64,000 nucleotides of DNA from an uncultured Verrucomicrobiae bacterium (GCA_963731265.1 CAVSUE010000002.1:64001-128000), one strand, 5' to 3'. Shown: positions 1-9,088, counted from the stretch's first letter. Notes: generated by a model not told the origin, from the letters alone. Made by a program: numbers and translations.

Positions 1-63
1 TCTATTGAAAAGGAGCCTCTGAAAAAACAACCTTTCATTTCTGCCATTTTATATATCAAAGAA

Positions 64-1344
64 ATGATTAGGAAGTTGCTCGACGGCGCTACACAAACCT
101 CCTCAATAACCGATGAATCGAGCAGCAGCTTATTTTCGACAGACTCTCCGGGCCCAACACTCATTTCCATCGATACTCTGCATTTCGGCATATTTTTATA
201 TGAACACGAACGTCTGAAAGAAGAAGGACGTTTTTATCAGACAATCGCTGACCGTCGGGAAGAACTCCGCAGGCAAAAAGAGCATTGGATTCCTTTTGTC
301 GATGCACTAAAGGATAATGACAAAGAATTTTACAACCCGATCGATCAGATGCTCATGGATGGGAAACTCATTCCCAACCCATCCGGCGCAGGCGGCGCCT
401 ATTTTCTTACCAACAGCCAGGGCGAGTCCCGCTTTATTGTCAAACCTGTCGATGAAGATATTTTGTGCGTCAATAACCGGAAAGAATTTGGCTCTATATT
501 TAATGACTACAACCATCGCGTCCGGGAAGGGATCCCTTTATACCGCTCGGCGCAGACGGACGCTTTTTGTTCCGAAATGGCTTCTCTGGCAGGCATTGAA
601 GGGGTCACTCCCAAGGCAACGATGGGGGTTATCGCCAATAAGGGTTTTTACGATTTCACGCAATGGATCGACGGGACCGATCTAGAAAAATTTTTCAACG
701 AAGCCGGCTTCCCCGACAAGGAAAAACTTGCCTCCATTCAAGAGTTCATCCCTGATTCTCAAGACCTGATCGAATTGCTCCATTCTTTTTATCAGAAAGA
801 ACTTTCCGATGAAGAGATCGCTTCCCAATTTGATCAAGCAGACTTTGAAGAAGTCTGCCTCTTCCTTTGGCTCACTTATGATAATGACGGCCATGGAGCC
901 AATTTCCTCAGCTATGTCAAACGGACCGATGAAAACGGAAAAAAGATTTACGGAATTAAAAAAATCGACAACGGACTTTCTTTCCCTGAAAAGAATTCGG
1001 AATATGTCAATATTTTAGCCTGGCTGCCGAACGCCATAGCGCCCCTTTCCAATGAAATTAAAAACAAAATCGCCCATCTCCCCATCGAACAGATTTTAAA
1101 CCGCATGGATGATTTCGAACTCGCCGACTGCAAAGAAGCTTTTAAAGAACGTGTAGAAATCTTAAAAGAATTAGCGCAAAGAGAGGGGATGACGGCGGGA
1201 GAGATCGATCTCCGTTTTTCTATTCTTTCTTATGAAGAAGGAAAGGAGCGAGCCTTAAGCCCCATGACCACTCAAGAAATCCTCGATCTGCTCCATTTTA
1301 AGAACACTGAATCCCTTGCTCCCTTTGAGCACCTGAGGCTCTAG
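64..1344 (+). CDS. Phosphatidylinositol 3/4-kinase-family protein resembling plant type II PI4K-gamma; candidate effector
   Basis: 426-aa ORF with GAGGAYF, FIVKPVDED..NNRK, KLASIQEF, DNDGHGANFL, KIDNGLSFP and WLPNA..PL, matching the motif order of type II PI4K-gamma kinases; Ser/Thr-rich N-terminus. Confidence 0.75.
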   Translation: MIRKLLDGATQTSSITDESSSSLFSTDSPGPTLISIDTLHFGIFLYEHERLKEEGRFYQTIADRREELRRQKEHWIPFVDALKDNDKEFYNPIDQMLMDGKLIPNPSGAGGAYFLTNSQGESRFIVKPVDEDILCVNNRKEFGSIFNDYNHRVREGIPLYRSAQTDAFCSEMASLAGIEGVTPKATMGVIANKGFYDFTQWIDGTDLEKFFNEAGFPDKEKLASIQEFIPDSQDLIELLHSFYQKELSDEEIASQFDQADFEEVCLFLWLTYDNDGHGANFLSYVKRTDENGKKIYGIKKIDNGLSFPEKNSEYVNILAWLPNAIAPLSNEIKNKIAHLPIEQILNRMDDFELADCKEAFKERVEILKELAQREGMTAGEIDLRFSILSYEEGKERALSPMTTQEILDLLHFKNTESLAPFEHLRL

Positions 1345-1455
1345 TGAACCAAGGCCTTAAGGCCTGGGATTAAGTTGGGGCCGAGCTTCGTACTCGGCCC
1401 AACATTGTTTTTGAAATACCCGGCCCTTAAGGGCCGGGTTTCCGCCGGAGGACGG
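1344..1455 (+). repeat. Palindromic repeat family A, copy 1 (first unit of a tandem pair)
   Basis: GTGAA-CCAAGGCCTTAAGGCCTGG...GGCCGAGCTTCGTACTCGGCC...CCCGGCCCTTAAGGGCCGGG...GGAGGACGG; near-identical to five other loci. Confidence 0.95.
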
Positions 1456-1571
1456 GTGAACCAGGCCTTAAGGCCTGGGATTAAGTTGGGGCCGAGCTTC
1501 GTACTCGGCCTAACATTGTTTTTGAAATACCCGGCCCTTAAGGGCCGGGTTTCCGCCGGAGGACGGATGAA
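1456..1571 (+). repeat. Palindromic repeat family A, copy 2 (supplies GGAGG and the ATG at 1567)
   Basis: Direct tandem repeat of 1344-1455, ending GGAGGACGGATGAA. Confidence 0.95.
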
Positions 1572-1896
1572 GAGATTTAATAAAATATTACCGTTATTTA
1601 TCATCCTGAGCGTTCTCGGGACCACTTTTATTTACTCTCACAAGGATCATACGATGAAATTAGTCAATGCTAAATCTGGATTTGTCGTTGTTGAATACCA
1701 AGGCGACAAGACCGTTTTCCACGACCGGATGCTAGAAAAGGAAATGACGATCAGAGGAATCATTATTCCCCCTGCGCTACGTTCTGAATACGGAGGCAAA
1801 GCTAGTGTACGTCTGAACGAAATAGAATTTCAAAAAGCCTTCAAAGAAGTTTACTGCAAACAGGCTCTTAATTCCCCCTCTTTCAAGTGGGAATAA
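1567..1896 (+). CDS. Small exported or membrane-anchored hypothetical protein (109 aa)
   Basis: True start is probably ATG 1567 (MKRFNKILPLFIILSVLG, signal-like); the longer ORF-track start at 1375 lies inside the repeat. Confidence 0.7.
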   Translation: MKRFNKILPLFIILSVLGTTFIYSHKDHTMKLVNAKSGFVVVEYQGDKTVFHDRMLEKEMTIRGIIIPPALRSEYGGKASVRLNEIEFQKAFKEVYCKQALNSPSFKWE

Positions 1897-1924
1897 CCAA
1901 GATCGGGAGGGAAGGCTCCGAATT

Positions 1925-3220
1925 TCACTGCCTATACGCCTTCCGAATCGCTTGCGATTTTTGTGAAGGAGTGGAGCTCTGTCCATTCCGATCGCGAAAA
2001 GCATCCTCTGCCCACTTCAACTCATCGTTTTGAATCGGAGTTGAGTTTTTAAGAATTTCATAGAGCTTGGCGCAGATAATATTTCTCCCACCCTTGGGCA
2101 TTCTTAAGAAGCGCTCCATGGCTTGCTTCACGGAATCTTCGGAACCGCTGTCTAACATGTCCGCAAGTTCTCTAAAAATCTCGCTATGCACAGCTTTAAA
2201 ATCCATGCGCGTGATCCCGTTGCATTCGGTATAGAATAGTTCTGCGTTGGAAGCGACAAGGCTAAAACCCTCTTTTACGTCTCCTTTAAAAGTGGCGATG
2301 CATTTTTTTGTTCCTATATCCCAGGCCTTAATCACACTGGTGTCCCAGGAACGGGAAAAAAGTTTTTGCCATCTACCGTCAATGGCAATAGAGCTGACAT
2401 TCTCTTCCTCTCCCTCGAAAGTCCCTATGAAGTTATTGGTGATTAAATCAATCATCTTGATTTCACGCGATTGACTAGGAATCAAAAAAAGCATGTCTTC
2501 GTAGACAACAATGTTTCCCGAGATTTCCTTTAACCCTTTATCGAGCTTGTTTATATCAAGTGTATCGATGTGGGTTTTTTTGATTAAATCATAGACTTTG
2601 ATTGTTGTGTTATTGGCATAAAAGACTTTCTCACCAGAAATAGCAACAGTGATGACATCAGTGATTTGGTTCTGGATAGTGTCTGTGCAGGTTTCGGTTT
2701 TTATATCCCAGATCTTGATTGGAGCCCCCGAGCAACAAACACAAAGCCTTCTTTCTGCCGCAGAGAGAGCGCGAACAGTGCCTGTATGTCTTAGAAGCGC
2801 AGCAAATAACTTCGTATTGTTTAAATCCACCATCCTGATATATTCACTTTCTTCAAAGTCATAAAAGAGCGTTTCATCGAAAATGGCTAGACTTCTGGCT
2901 TGAATTAAATTACTCGTTTTTTTCCAAATCGTCTTTAAAGAAAAGATCCTGTTCAAGAGGTTCAGTTCTCTTCGAGCTATATCATTGTAAATTTTCTGAA
3001 AATTTTCGCTTTTCTCTGAGAAACGATTAAGTGGAAAGTGGGAGTGAAGCAGATGCTTCCAATTCAAATCGGGACTAACAATTTGATTCCATTGATGGCA
3101 AGTGCAAAGCAAGGTATCGAGAACTTGAGGGTTAGTGTCCGCGGTGATTGTTGTCAGAATTTCGGAAGGCATGCCAAATAAGGGAGAATTTTGCTGAAAG
3201 GGAATACTAGCTATAGCCAT
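1925..3220 (-). CDS. F-box / WD40-repeat protein, candidate host-ubiquitin effector
   Basis: N-terminal F-box-like LFGMPSEILTTI...LLCTCHQWNQIV...WK; WD-like repeats HTGTVRAL, IKIWDIK, IKVYDL, IKAWDIG. Confidence 0.8.
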   Translation of the reverse strand: MAIASIPFQQNSPLFGMPSEILTTITADTNPQVLDTLLCTCHQWNQIVSPDLNWKHLLHSHFPLNRFSEKSENFQKIYNDIARRELNLLNRIFSLKTIWKKTSNLIQARSLAIFDETLFYDFEESEYIRMVDLNNTKLFAALLRHTGTVRALSAAERRLCVCCSGAPIKIWDIKTETCTDTIQNQITDVITVAISGEKVFYANNTTIKVYDLIKKTHIDTLDINKLDKGLKEISGNIVVYEDMLFLIPSQSREIKMIDLITNNFIGTFEGEEENVSSIAIDGRWQKLFSRSWDTSVIKAWDIGTKKCIATFKGDVKEGFSLVASNAELFYTECNGITRMDFKAVHSEIFRELADMLDSGSEDSVKQAMERFLRMPKGGRNIICAKLYEILKNSTPIQNDELKWAEDAFRDRNGQSSTPSQKSQAIRKAYRQ

Positions 3221-3335
3221 ACATTTTTCTTGCTTTTGAGTTTAAATTAAAAAGCATAAAGCATTTTATGGGCGCCCTATTTTTTTAAGACAAGCGCATT
3301 CATTTATCAAAAGAAATTTTTATAGGAGAGTGTCT

Positions 3336-3983
3336 TTATGAAGATGCGATTTTGTGACTCGCAAGCAGATGGATGACTTCCTGATCTGACGTCTGCTCAA
3401 ATTGCTTATAAAATCCCCCCACAGCCTCAAAGAAAACAGGGGACAACAGACAGACCACCTCGTCTACCTCCTTTTGCATCTTGCGCAAAGAATCCGGCGC
3501 TGCGACAGGAACAGCCAGCACAATTTTTTTTGCTCCGGCATCCCTCACCGATTTGATGGCCACCCGCATGCTGGCACCTGTAGCTATGCCGTCATCGACT
3601 AAAATGACAATCTTTCCCTTGATCGAAGGAGCGGATATGCTTCCTCGATAAAGTTCAAGGCGGTCATTAAGAATTTTTCTTTGCCGTCCCACTTCTTTCT
3701 TTAGATGTTCTTGAGAAACACCGAGGACACCGATCAGCTGTTCGTTAAAAATCCCTTCACTATGCTCAGCAATTGCCCCCAAAGCGAGCTCTTCGTTGCC
3801 GGGCGCGCCGATTTTGCGGACAACAACGACATTTAAAGCCGCGCCAAGTCCCGAAGCCACTTCGTGGGCGGTGACAACGCCTCCCCTGGCAAGTCCTAGC
3901 ACAACCACATCCGTTTGACCTTTATACTTGCACAAGCTTGGGACAAGCTGTCTTCCCGCATCTCGCCGGTCTTGAAAAAGCAT
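3336..3983 (-). CDS. Phosphoribosyltransferase-family protein
   Basis: FQDRRDAGRQL, LGLARGGV and the PRPP-binding motif VILVDDGIATGASM. Confidence 0.9.
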   Translation of the reverse strand: MLFQDRRDAGRQLVPSLCKYKGQTDVVVLGLARGGVVTAHEVASGLGAALNVVVVRKIGAPGNEELALGAIAEHSEGIFNEQLIGVLGVSQEHLKKEVGRQRKILNDRLELYRGSISAPSIKGKIVILVDDGIATGASMRVAIKSVRDAGAKKIVLAVPVAAPDSLRKMQKEVDEVVCLLSPVFFEAVGGFYKQFEQTSDQEVIHLLASHKIASS

Positions 3984-3985
3984 TA

Positions 3986-4417
3986 TTATTGTTTCTCTTG
4001 AATCGCTTCATTACGGATAAGCGTACGCAGGTTCACCGCTTTCGGTTTCAAATATTCACGCAAAGCTGTATCGAATTTATCTGCAGAACATTTTTCACCG
4101 CAGGTAAACAAATCTACAAAACAAGATCCATATTCAGGATAAGTATGAATGCTGGCATGGCTTTCGGAAAGCAACAAGACCATTGTCAGTCCATCGGGAG
4201 GAAAGGTCCAGCTGGAAATTTCTAAAACGGTCGCGCCGCTTTTTTCCACTGCACTTTTCATGGCATCAGCGAGTTTGTCCAGTTCAGTCAACGCCTGCAA
4301 ATCGCAATCGCAATAGCTGGCTAAAAAATGTACCCCTTTGAACTGGAAAGCCTCTTCAGCGGCCAGCGATGTGAATAATAAGCAAAATACGATAAATATG
4401 TTACGAAATCGGCTCAT
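3986..4417 (-). CDS. speD: Pyruvoyl-dependent S-adenosylmethionine decarboxylase-family proenzyme with a signal-peptide-like N-terminus
   Basis: Self-cleavage motif LLSESHASIHTYPEYG plus FVDLFTCG; N-terminus MSRFRNIFIVFCLLFTSLAA. Confidence 0.8.
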   Translation of the reverse strand: MSRFRNIFIVFCLLFTSLAAEEAFQFKGVHFLASYCDCDLQALTELDKLADAMKSAVEKSGATVLEISSWTFPPDGLTMVLLLSESHASIHTYPEYGSCFVDLFTCGEKCSADKFDTALREYLKPKAVNLRTLIRNEAIQEKQ

Positions 4418-5274
4418 GTTTCCGCTCTACCTCCTTTTTTCCAGCAAATAAAATACCCGCCTTCATCTTCAGACGGTTTATATAGTTCGCATAAATTCTT
4501 TTTCTGATCCAACATTCCGCGTAGCTCGTCAAAATTCATAGAGATCACTCCGAAATGTTTAGGAAATTCATGCCCTAAAATGAAACCGGAATCTGAACAT
4601 AGAATGACTTTAGCCAATAGCAATTTCTGATAAGACCGGTTAAACTCCGAAAAACTCATATCGGAAATAACAGTGCCGTAAACAACTCCGTTGGGCAGTC
4701 CCTCGGGCGTATAAAATTTAACGTTTCTTATTCCCCACTTCTCCAGGCATTTTTTCGCTAATTCCAATTGTTCGGGAAGGTCGATCATTGTATAGCTCTC
4801 AAAACCGTACGCATCGTAAATCATCTTGCACCAGCTTCCAAGCCCAGCTCCAATTTGAACGAAATGGGTATTTTCACAATTTTCCAGCTTTTCTCTCAAT
4901 TCCCCTGTTAAAGCGATTAAACGCAATGTAGACGGAGAAAAAAGACCCGCCTCGCCATAATAAAATACCCTTGGAGAACCAACCGAATCGACAATGCGGA
5001 ATTGATCAAAATGCGTTTTAAGGTCAGGGGAACATTCAACGATCTTTTGCAGCCAATATTCACCTTCTTCAAACGTAAGATTTTCCCAAAGGAGATTAAA
5101 GAAAGGATCGTGTTTGAATTGCAAGAATTGGCTTTCGTCATGAACAGCTTTCGTTGCGATTTCTGAAAAAACTCGATGATCGTAAATGCATTTCGACCGC
5201 TTGGTGTCATTTTTTTTGCAGCTAGCAACCGTCAATAAGAAAATAATGTAAATTATAGAGCGTAGGATCTGCAC
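4414..5274 (-). CDS. Putative SAM-dependent (sugar O-) methyltransferase, lipoprotein-like
   Basis: FSPSTLR, VQIGAGLG, YTMIDLPEQLEL, ISDMSFSE; lipobox-like LTVASC. Confidence 0.6.
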   Translation of the reverse strand: MQILRSIIYIIFLLTVASCKKNDTKRSKCIYDHRVFSEIATKAVHDESQFLQFKHDPFFNLLWENLTFEEGEYWLQKIVECSPDLKTHFDQFRIVDSVGSPRVFYYGEAGLFSPSTLRLIALTGELREKLENCENTHFVQIGAGLGSWCKMIYDAYGFESYTMIDLPEQLELAKKCLEKWGIRNVKFYTPEGLPNGVVYGTVISDMSFSEFNRSYQKLLLAKVILCSDSGFILGHEFPKHFGVISMNFDELRGMLDQKKNLCELYKPSEDEGGYFICWKKGGRAET

Positions 5275-5416
5275 AAGAGCCTAAGAGGGTCTCATCGTAG
5301 AATTTTAAATTCTCAATAAGAGTATCTTTTATAGGTCATTTTTGGAAAGTCTTTACCACCAACCTTCCAAAAAAAATTCCAAACAGGCAGAATCGAGAGA
5401 GAGTGGGTCAAAACCT

Positions 5417-6250
5417 ATGCGCTTTCTTTTTAGCTTATTCACGTTGGCGGCGGCTTGTTATGGACTCTGGTATCTTACCGACACCAAGCCCCAACTAAAA
5501 AATAAAGTTGAAGAACTCCTAAATACAGGTTCTTTCAATACCCTCGAAATGCGGTATTCGGCAAACCAGATCATGGACGCTAATCGGAAGCAGCTTCTCA
5601 AAGACAACCGTCATAGATATCTTGAACCCTCGATGAAATTTTATCCCTACCTTTTACTCGAGGTCAAATATGCCATTTCCGAGAAAAAAACTCGGGAAGG
5701 GGTGATCCTATGGGACCTCATCGATGGGGAAATGGTGATCGACACGAAACAATGGGAAAAGACTCATGGATTCGGGGATTGCATCAATGCCAACACCGAT
5801 CTCCATGAGTTCAGGATCATCAACACCTTAGCGTATAAAGGGGGAACAGCCGACCGTGAAGCCCTTTCCAAAACGCTGCATGTCGATAATGAAGTTCTCG
5901 ATTCTTGGATCGAAAGCTGTCGCAGAAAAAAACTCATCGTGCAGACAGGCAACCGGTATCGCCTCCATCTCGAGAATCCCAAACTCAAAATCACGCCCGC
6001 CACAAAGCTCGATGAACGTCTCGTGACTAAGCCCCAGCGCAAATCAGAAAAGATCTCTTCCCGCTATTCTCTTTCCCAAATCGAAAAAATCACCCGGGCC
6101 GCATTCGGCAACGAGTTCGCCATCCGCAAAACGACAGATATTTATCTTCCTGTCCATTGCATCGTCGTCCAAAACCCTGACGGCTCCATCCACACTAGTC
6201 ACTGGAACGCCCTGAACGGCAAACGCCTCCAATCGCACAGCGTGGAGTGA
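5417..6250 (+). CDS. Hypothetical protein with an N-terminal membrane anchor
   Basis: Long ORF; likely start ATG 5417 (MRFLFSLFTLAAACYGLWY); the TGA stop overlaps the start of a family A repeat. Confidence 0.75.
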   Translation: MRFLFSLFTLAAACYGLWYLTDTKPQLKNKVEELLNTGSFNTLEMRYSANQIMDANRKQLLKDNRHRYLEPSMKFYPYLLLEVKYAISEKKTREGVILWDLIDGEMVIDTKQWEKTHGFGDCINANTDLHEFRIINTLAYKGGTADREALSKTLHVDNEVLDSWIESCRRKKLIVQTGNRYRLHLENPKLKITPATKLDERLVTKPQRKSEKISSRYSLSQIEKITRAAFGNEFAIRKTTDIYLPVHCIVVQNPDGSIHTSHWNALNGKRLQSHSVE

Positions 6251-6362
6251 ACCCAGCCTTAAGGCCTGGGATTAAGTTGGGGCCGAGCTTCGTACTCGGC
6301 CCAACATTGTTTTTGAAATACCCGGTCCCTAAGGGCCGGGTTTCCGCCGAAAGACGGATGAA
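6247..6362 (+). repeat. Palindromic repeat family A, copy 3
   Basis: GTGAA...AAGACGGATGAA with the same three hairpins. Confidence 0.95.
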
Positions 6363-6434
6363 ATATTTTGAATTTTGCCAAAAAATTCTTCGCGAGTATT
6401 ATGAAACACTTTTCCCAATTTTGGAGGAAATCTT

Positions 6435-6794
6435 ATGGCTCGACGACTAATGATAGGTTTGATGGCTATGGCATGCCTTGTCCATTCTGCAATTTCTTAT
6501 GCTTCTTCAAGTGAAAAATGCTCAGCGGAAATTGTTTCAACCCTTGAAAAAATGTACGTGAATATAGATCAAGTCGAGTGCTCGGACAATAAAATTTATG
6601 TAACGACTGACGATTTTGTTATATTAACTCCAGCTCTATATTGGGATGATAAGGGTTATTATATTTTTCTAGCTGCCGAAAGCGGCAATTGCGCATGGTA
6701 CGAATGGCAATGCAGGAATCCAACTTGCCGTTTCTGTAATTTAAGGGGGGTCGATTGGAAATGCAGAGCATGCACATGGTCTATTTCCCAGTAG
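6435..6794 (+). CDS. Small exported Cys-rich protein with a RanBP2-type zinc-finger-like C-terminus
   Basis: GGAGG RBS upstream; signal peptide; W-x-C-x4-C-x3-N-x7-C-x2-C. Confidence 0.65.
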   Translation: MARRLMIGLMAMACLVHSAISYASSSEKCSAEIVSTLEKMYVNIDQVECSDNKIYVTTDDFVILTPALYWDDKGYYIFLAAESGNCAWYEWQCRNPTCRFCNLRGVDWKCRACTWSISQ

Positions 6795-7654
6795 CTATCC
6801 ATTTTTCAGTCATTTTTTTTTGCACCATTTTGTTCACATCCCCTCAGGATGGATTTGCATTGCTCCCCAAAGAAAGGGCCAAGCAAGTTATTTCAACGAT
6901 CCCTATGAAGGATCGCGAAATTTTAGATAAATTTTTTCGCAATCTGTGCTTCTTCTATGAATTTGCCTATACATTATTTGGAGATAAGCCAATAAGCATT
7001 GAATTCTTTGATTTGGACAAAGAAGAATTATTCCACACCTCTGCAGAGGGATATATGATTTGGTCCAAATATGCCAACCTCTTTCCTTCTCAAAAACACA
7101 TCTTCCTTTTTTATGAAAATAAGGAGCAGGGGTATTGCGAAATTACACTAATCAACAAGGACTCTTTTCGAATAACCACTCAAAATCATCTCATGAAATT
7201 TGCAGAAGTATTTGGCCAAGAAATCAGCCCTGACAAACTCTTAGAGTTGATTGTTGAAAAGCGGTCGTTGCACAATACTCCTATAGGCGATCGTGCTGAT
7301 TTGATTGGGATCTTATTGGGTTACGGAAAAAATAATGCCGAGCTATTCCAAAAAAGAAATGAAATTTTAATGAGGGGAACCGGAATCAGGAAAAAAAGAA
7401 TCAAACCATCTCAGGGATACAAATGCATTGAAGAAGAACTCGATGCTCTCAATGCATGTTTGAAGTCCTTTTCCAGTGAAGGAAGGATCTCTTTAAACTA
7501 TATGCGCCTTCCTGGTTTTGCGGCTGATCCGGAACTAGTAGAAACCAAGCGATTAAGAAAAAAATATATTGACCAGCGAAGACGGATCACACAGCGTTTC
7601 ATTCAAAATGATGTTTTGGAGACTATTATGGAACAGCTATGCGCGGGCGAATAA
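6755..7654 (+). CDS. Hypothetical protein with a hydrophobic N-terminus
   Basis: 299-aa ORF, start uncertain; motifs FAYTLFGDKP and GILLGYGKNNA. Confidence 0.7.
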   Translation: MEMQSMHMVYFPVAIHFSVIFFCTILFTSPQDGFALLPKERAKQVISTIPMKDREILDKFFRNLCFFYEFAYTLFGDKPISIEFFDLDKEELFHTSAEGYMIWSKYANLFPSQKHIFLFYENKEQGYCEITLINKDSFRITTQNHLMKFAEVFGQEISPDKLLELIVEKRSLHNTPIGDRADLIGILLGYGKNNAELFQKRNEILMRGTGIRKKRIKPSQGYKCIEEELDALNACLKSFSSEGRISLNYMRLPGFAADPELVETKRLRKKYIDQRRRITQRFIQNDVLETIMEQLCAGE

Positions 7655-7696
7655 CACAATAGCCGAGGCAAAATCTGCATCGGCTAAAAATTATTG

Positions 7697-7835
7697 CTCT
7701 AAGCTCGACTTTGCAACTTTTTGGGCCCGCCTGCCTCGCCTATTTACTCTCAGCCGTTCGACCCATGGGTCGAACGGCTGAGAGTAAATATTTCGAGGCC
7801 TTCGGGCCCAAAAAGTTACAAAGTCGAGCTAAGAG
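7697..7835. repeat. 139-bp inverted repeat with a perfect 50-bp central palindrome (7741-7790)
   Basis: TATTTACTCTCAGCCGTTCGACCCA|TGGGTCGAACGGCTGAGAGTAAATA plus outer arms AGCTCGACTTTG..TTTTTGGGCCCG / CGGGCCCAAAAA..CAAAGTCGAGCT. Confidence 0.95.
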
Positions 7836-7851
7836 GAAAAAGCATCAGAAC

Positions 7852-8796
7852 TTAATTCGGCTTTTTGTGTCCCCAAATCGAATGTTTGTTAACACCATAG
7901 TAATCTTGCACCTGAGCTGTTGAGACTTCGGGAGCTTTCATAGGCGTAATCTCGACATAACGCAGCCCATGCTCAGCAAGCTGTTCATGCAGCCATTTTT
8001 CTTCCAGATGCCCCTTGCCGCCAAAGATAAGGATTTTTGCGTTTGGGAATACTTTGTGTTTTTCTTCCGTTGTTTTCCATAGCGAGACTGTTCTCAAATG
8101 CCCATCTTCTCTAACGACACTCAATAAATCCACCAATCCATTTAAGGCCATATTCATGTTTGCTATATTGCCGGAGTTGAGCCCTGAAAGATTAATTTGT
8201 TGATAACCTTGAACGATAGATTTTTTCGTTTGTTTGTAGACTTGAGCATCATCCCATCCTGACAGATAATCTTTTGTTCCTGGTTCATTGAGTTTGAGAT
8301 TAGGAGCGAATACATTTTCAATCTCATGTTGGCTGAAAACAATTTTACTGGAGGGATGGGCTTCGCAAAGATAAACATTTTCTGTGCCTTTCAATGCATT
8401 TGCTACCTCTCCTCGAATCAGCGGTTGCAACTCCCTGTCGAGGTGGTTGGTGTCGTCCAAAAGGATCACTTGAGCCTGATCAACAGTGCAATTTCCCTTA
8501 ATTTGAATAATTTTCCCCTCTTCGATCAACGATTTGAGCTTGCCGGTGGGATCGACAATTTTGCTTAGAAGCGCAGCGTCGAAATGGGATGAGTCAATGG
8601 GATAACGGCCCTCTACAACTAATTTCGGCGCATTTTTTTCAAATACAGCGGTAACTGTTCCCTGCTCGTTTAAAGGGATGTTTGCCGCATTCCATGGATT
8701 AGTAAACTTTTCAAATAATGTTTTGCTACTTTCTTCTATTGGGTTTTGACTAAGCTTCAAGACGGGTTTAGTATTAACATTTGCGTTAATTGACAT
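7852..8796 (-). CDS. Hypothetical effector-like protein, possibly Tiki/TraB/EreA/ChaN superfamily
   Basis: 314 aa; VILLDDTNH, YLCEA, GWDD, R-TVSL and ILIFGGKGHL; GGAG RBS and AT-rich upstream region. Confidence 0.6.
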   Translation of the reverse strand: MSINANVNTKPVLKLSQNPIEESSKTLFEKFTNPWNAANIPLNEQGTVTAVFEKNAPKLVVEGRYPIDSSHFDAALLSKIVDPTGKLKSLIEEGKIIQIKGNCTVDQAQVILLDDTNHLDRELQPLIRGEVANALKGTENVYLCEAHPSSKIVFSQHEIENVFAPNLKLNEPGTKDYLSGWDDAQVYKQTKKSIVQGYQQINLSGLNSGNIANMNMALNGLVDLLSVVREDGHLRTVSLWKTTEEKHKVFPNAKILIFGGKGHLEEKWLHEQLAEHGLRYVEITPMKAPEVSTAQVQDYYGVNKHSIWGHKKPN

Positions 8797-8998
8797 AATT
8801 ACTCCTTTTTATTTATTTGTAAAATGGTAATATTAAATTATATACTGCTATTTCATTAAAATAAATCCATAAAAATTGATTTAACCGCTCGCCCTACAAG
8901 CAAAATTCTCATCTTGCTAATATTTAAACATTTACATCAAACCTTGCCCAGAAAAACCCAAGCCGGTAAACTTCCTCTCTTTGTCTTAAACCTTTCTT

Positions 8999-9088
8999 GG
9001 AAAGATGGCTGAGTGGCCGAAGGCACGTCCCTGCTAAGGACGCGTACCCGCTAAACGGGTACCGAGGGTTCAAATCCCTCTCTTTCCG
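8999..9088 (+). tRNA. tRNA-Ser (anticodon GCT)
   Basis: Acceptor stem GGAAAGA/TCTTTCC, D-loop GAGTGGCCGAA, anticodon arm CGTCC-CTGCTAA-GGACG, long variable arm, T-loop GTTCAAATC; CCA not encoded. Confidence 0.97.

Noticed and set aside
1344..1571. Tandem repeat as a CRISPR array
   Set aside because: Units are ~111 bp, contiguous, without unique spacers, and no cas genes are present
1341..1625. ORFs made of repeat sequence (1341-1625 minus, the 1375 extension, 6247-6450, 22178-22471)
   Set aside because: These are translations of the family A element; there is no independent evidence of coding
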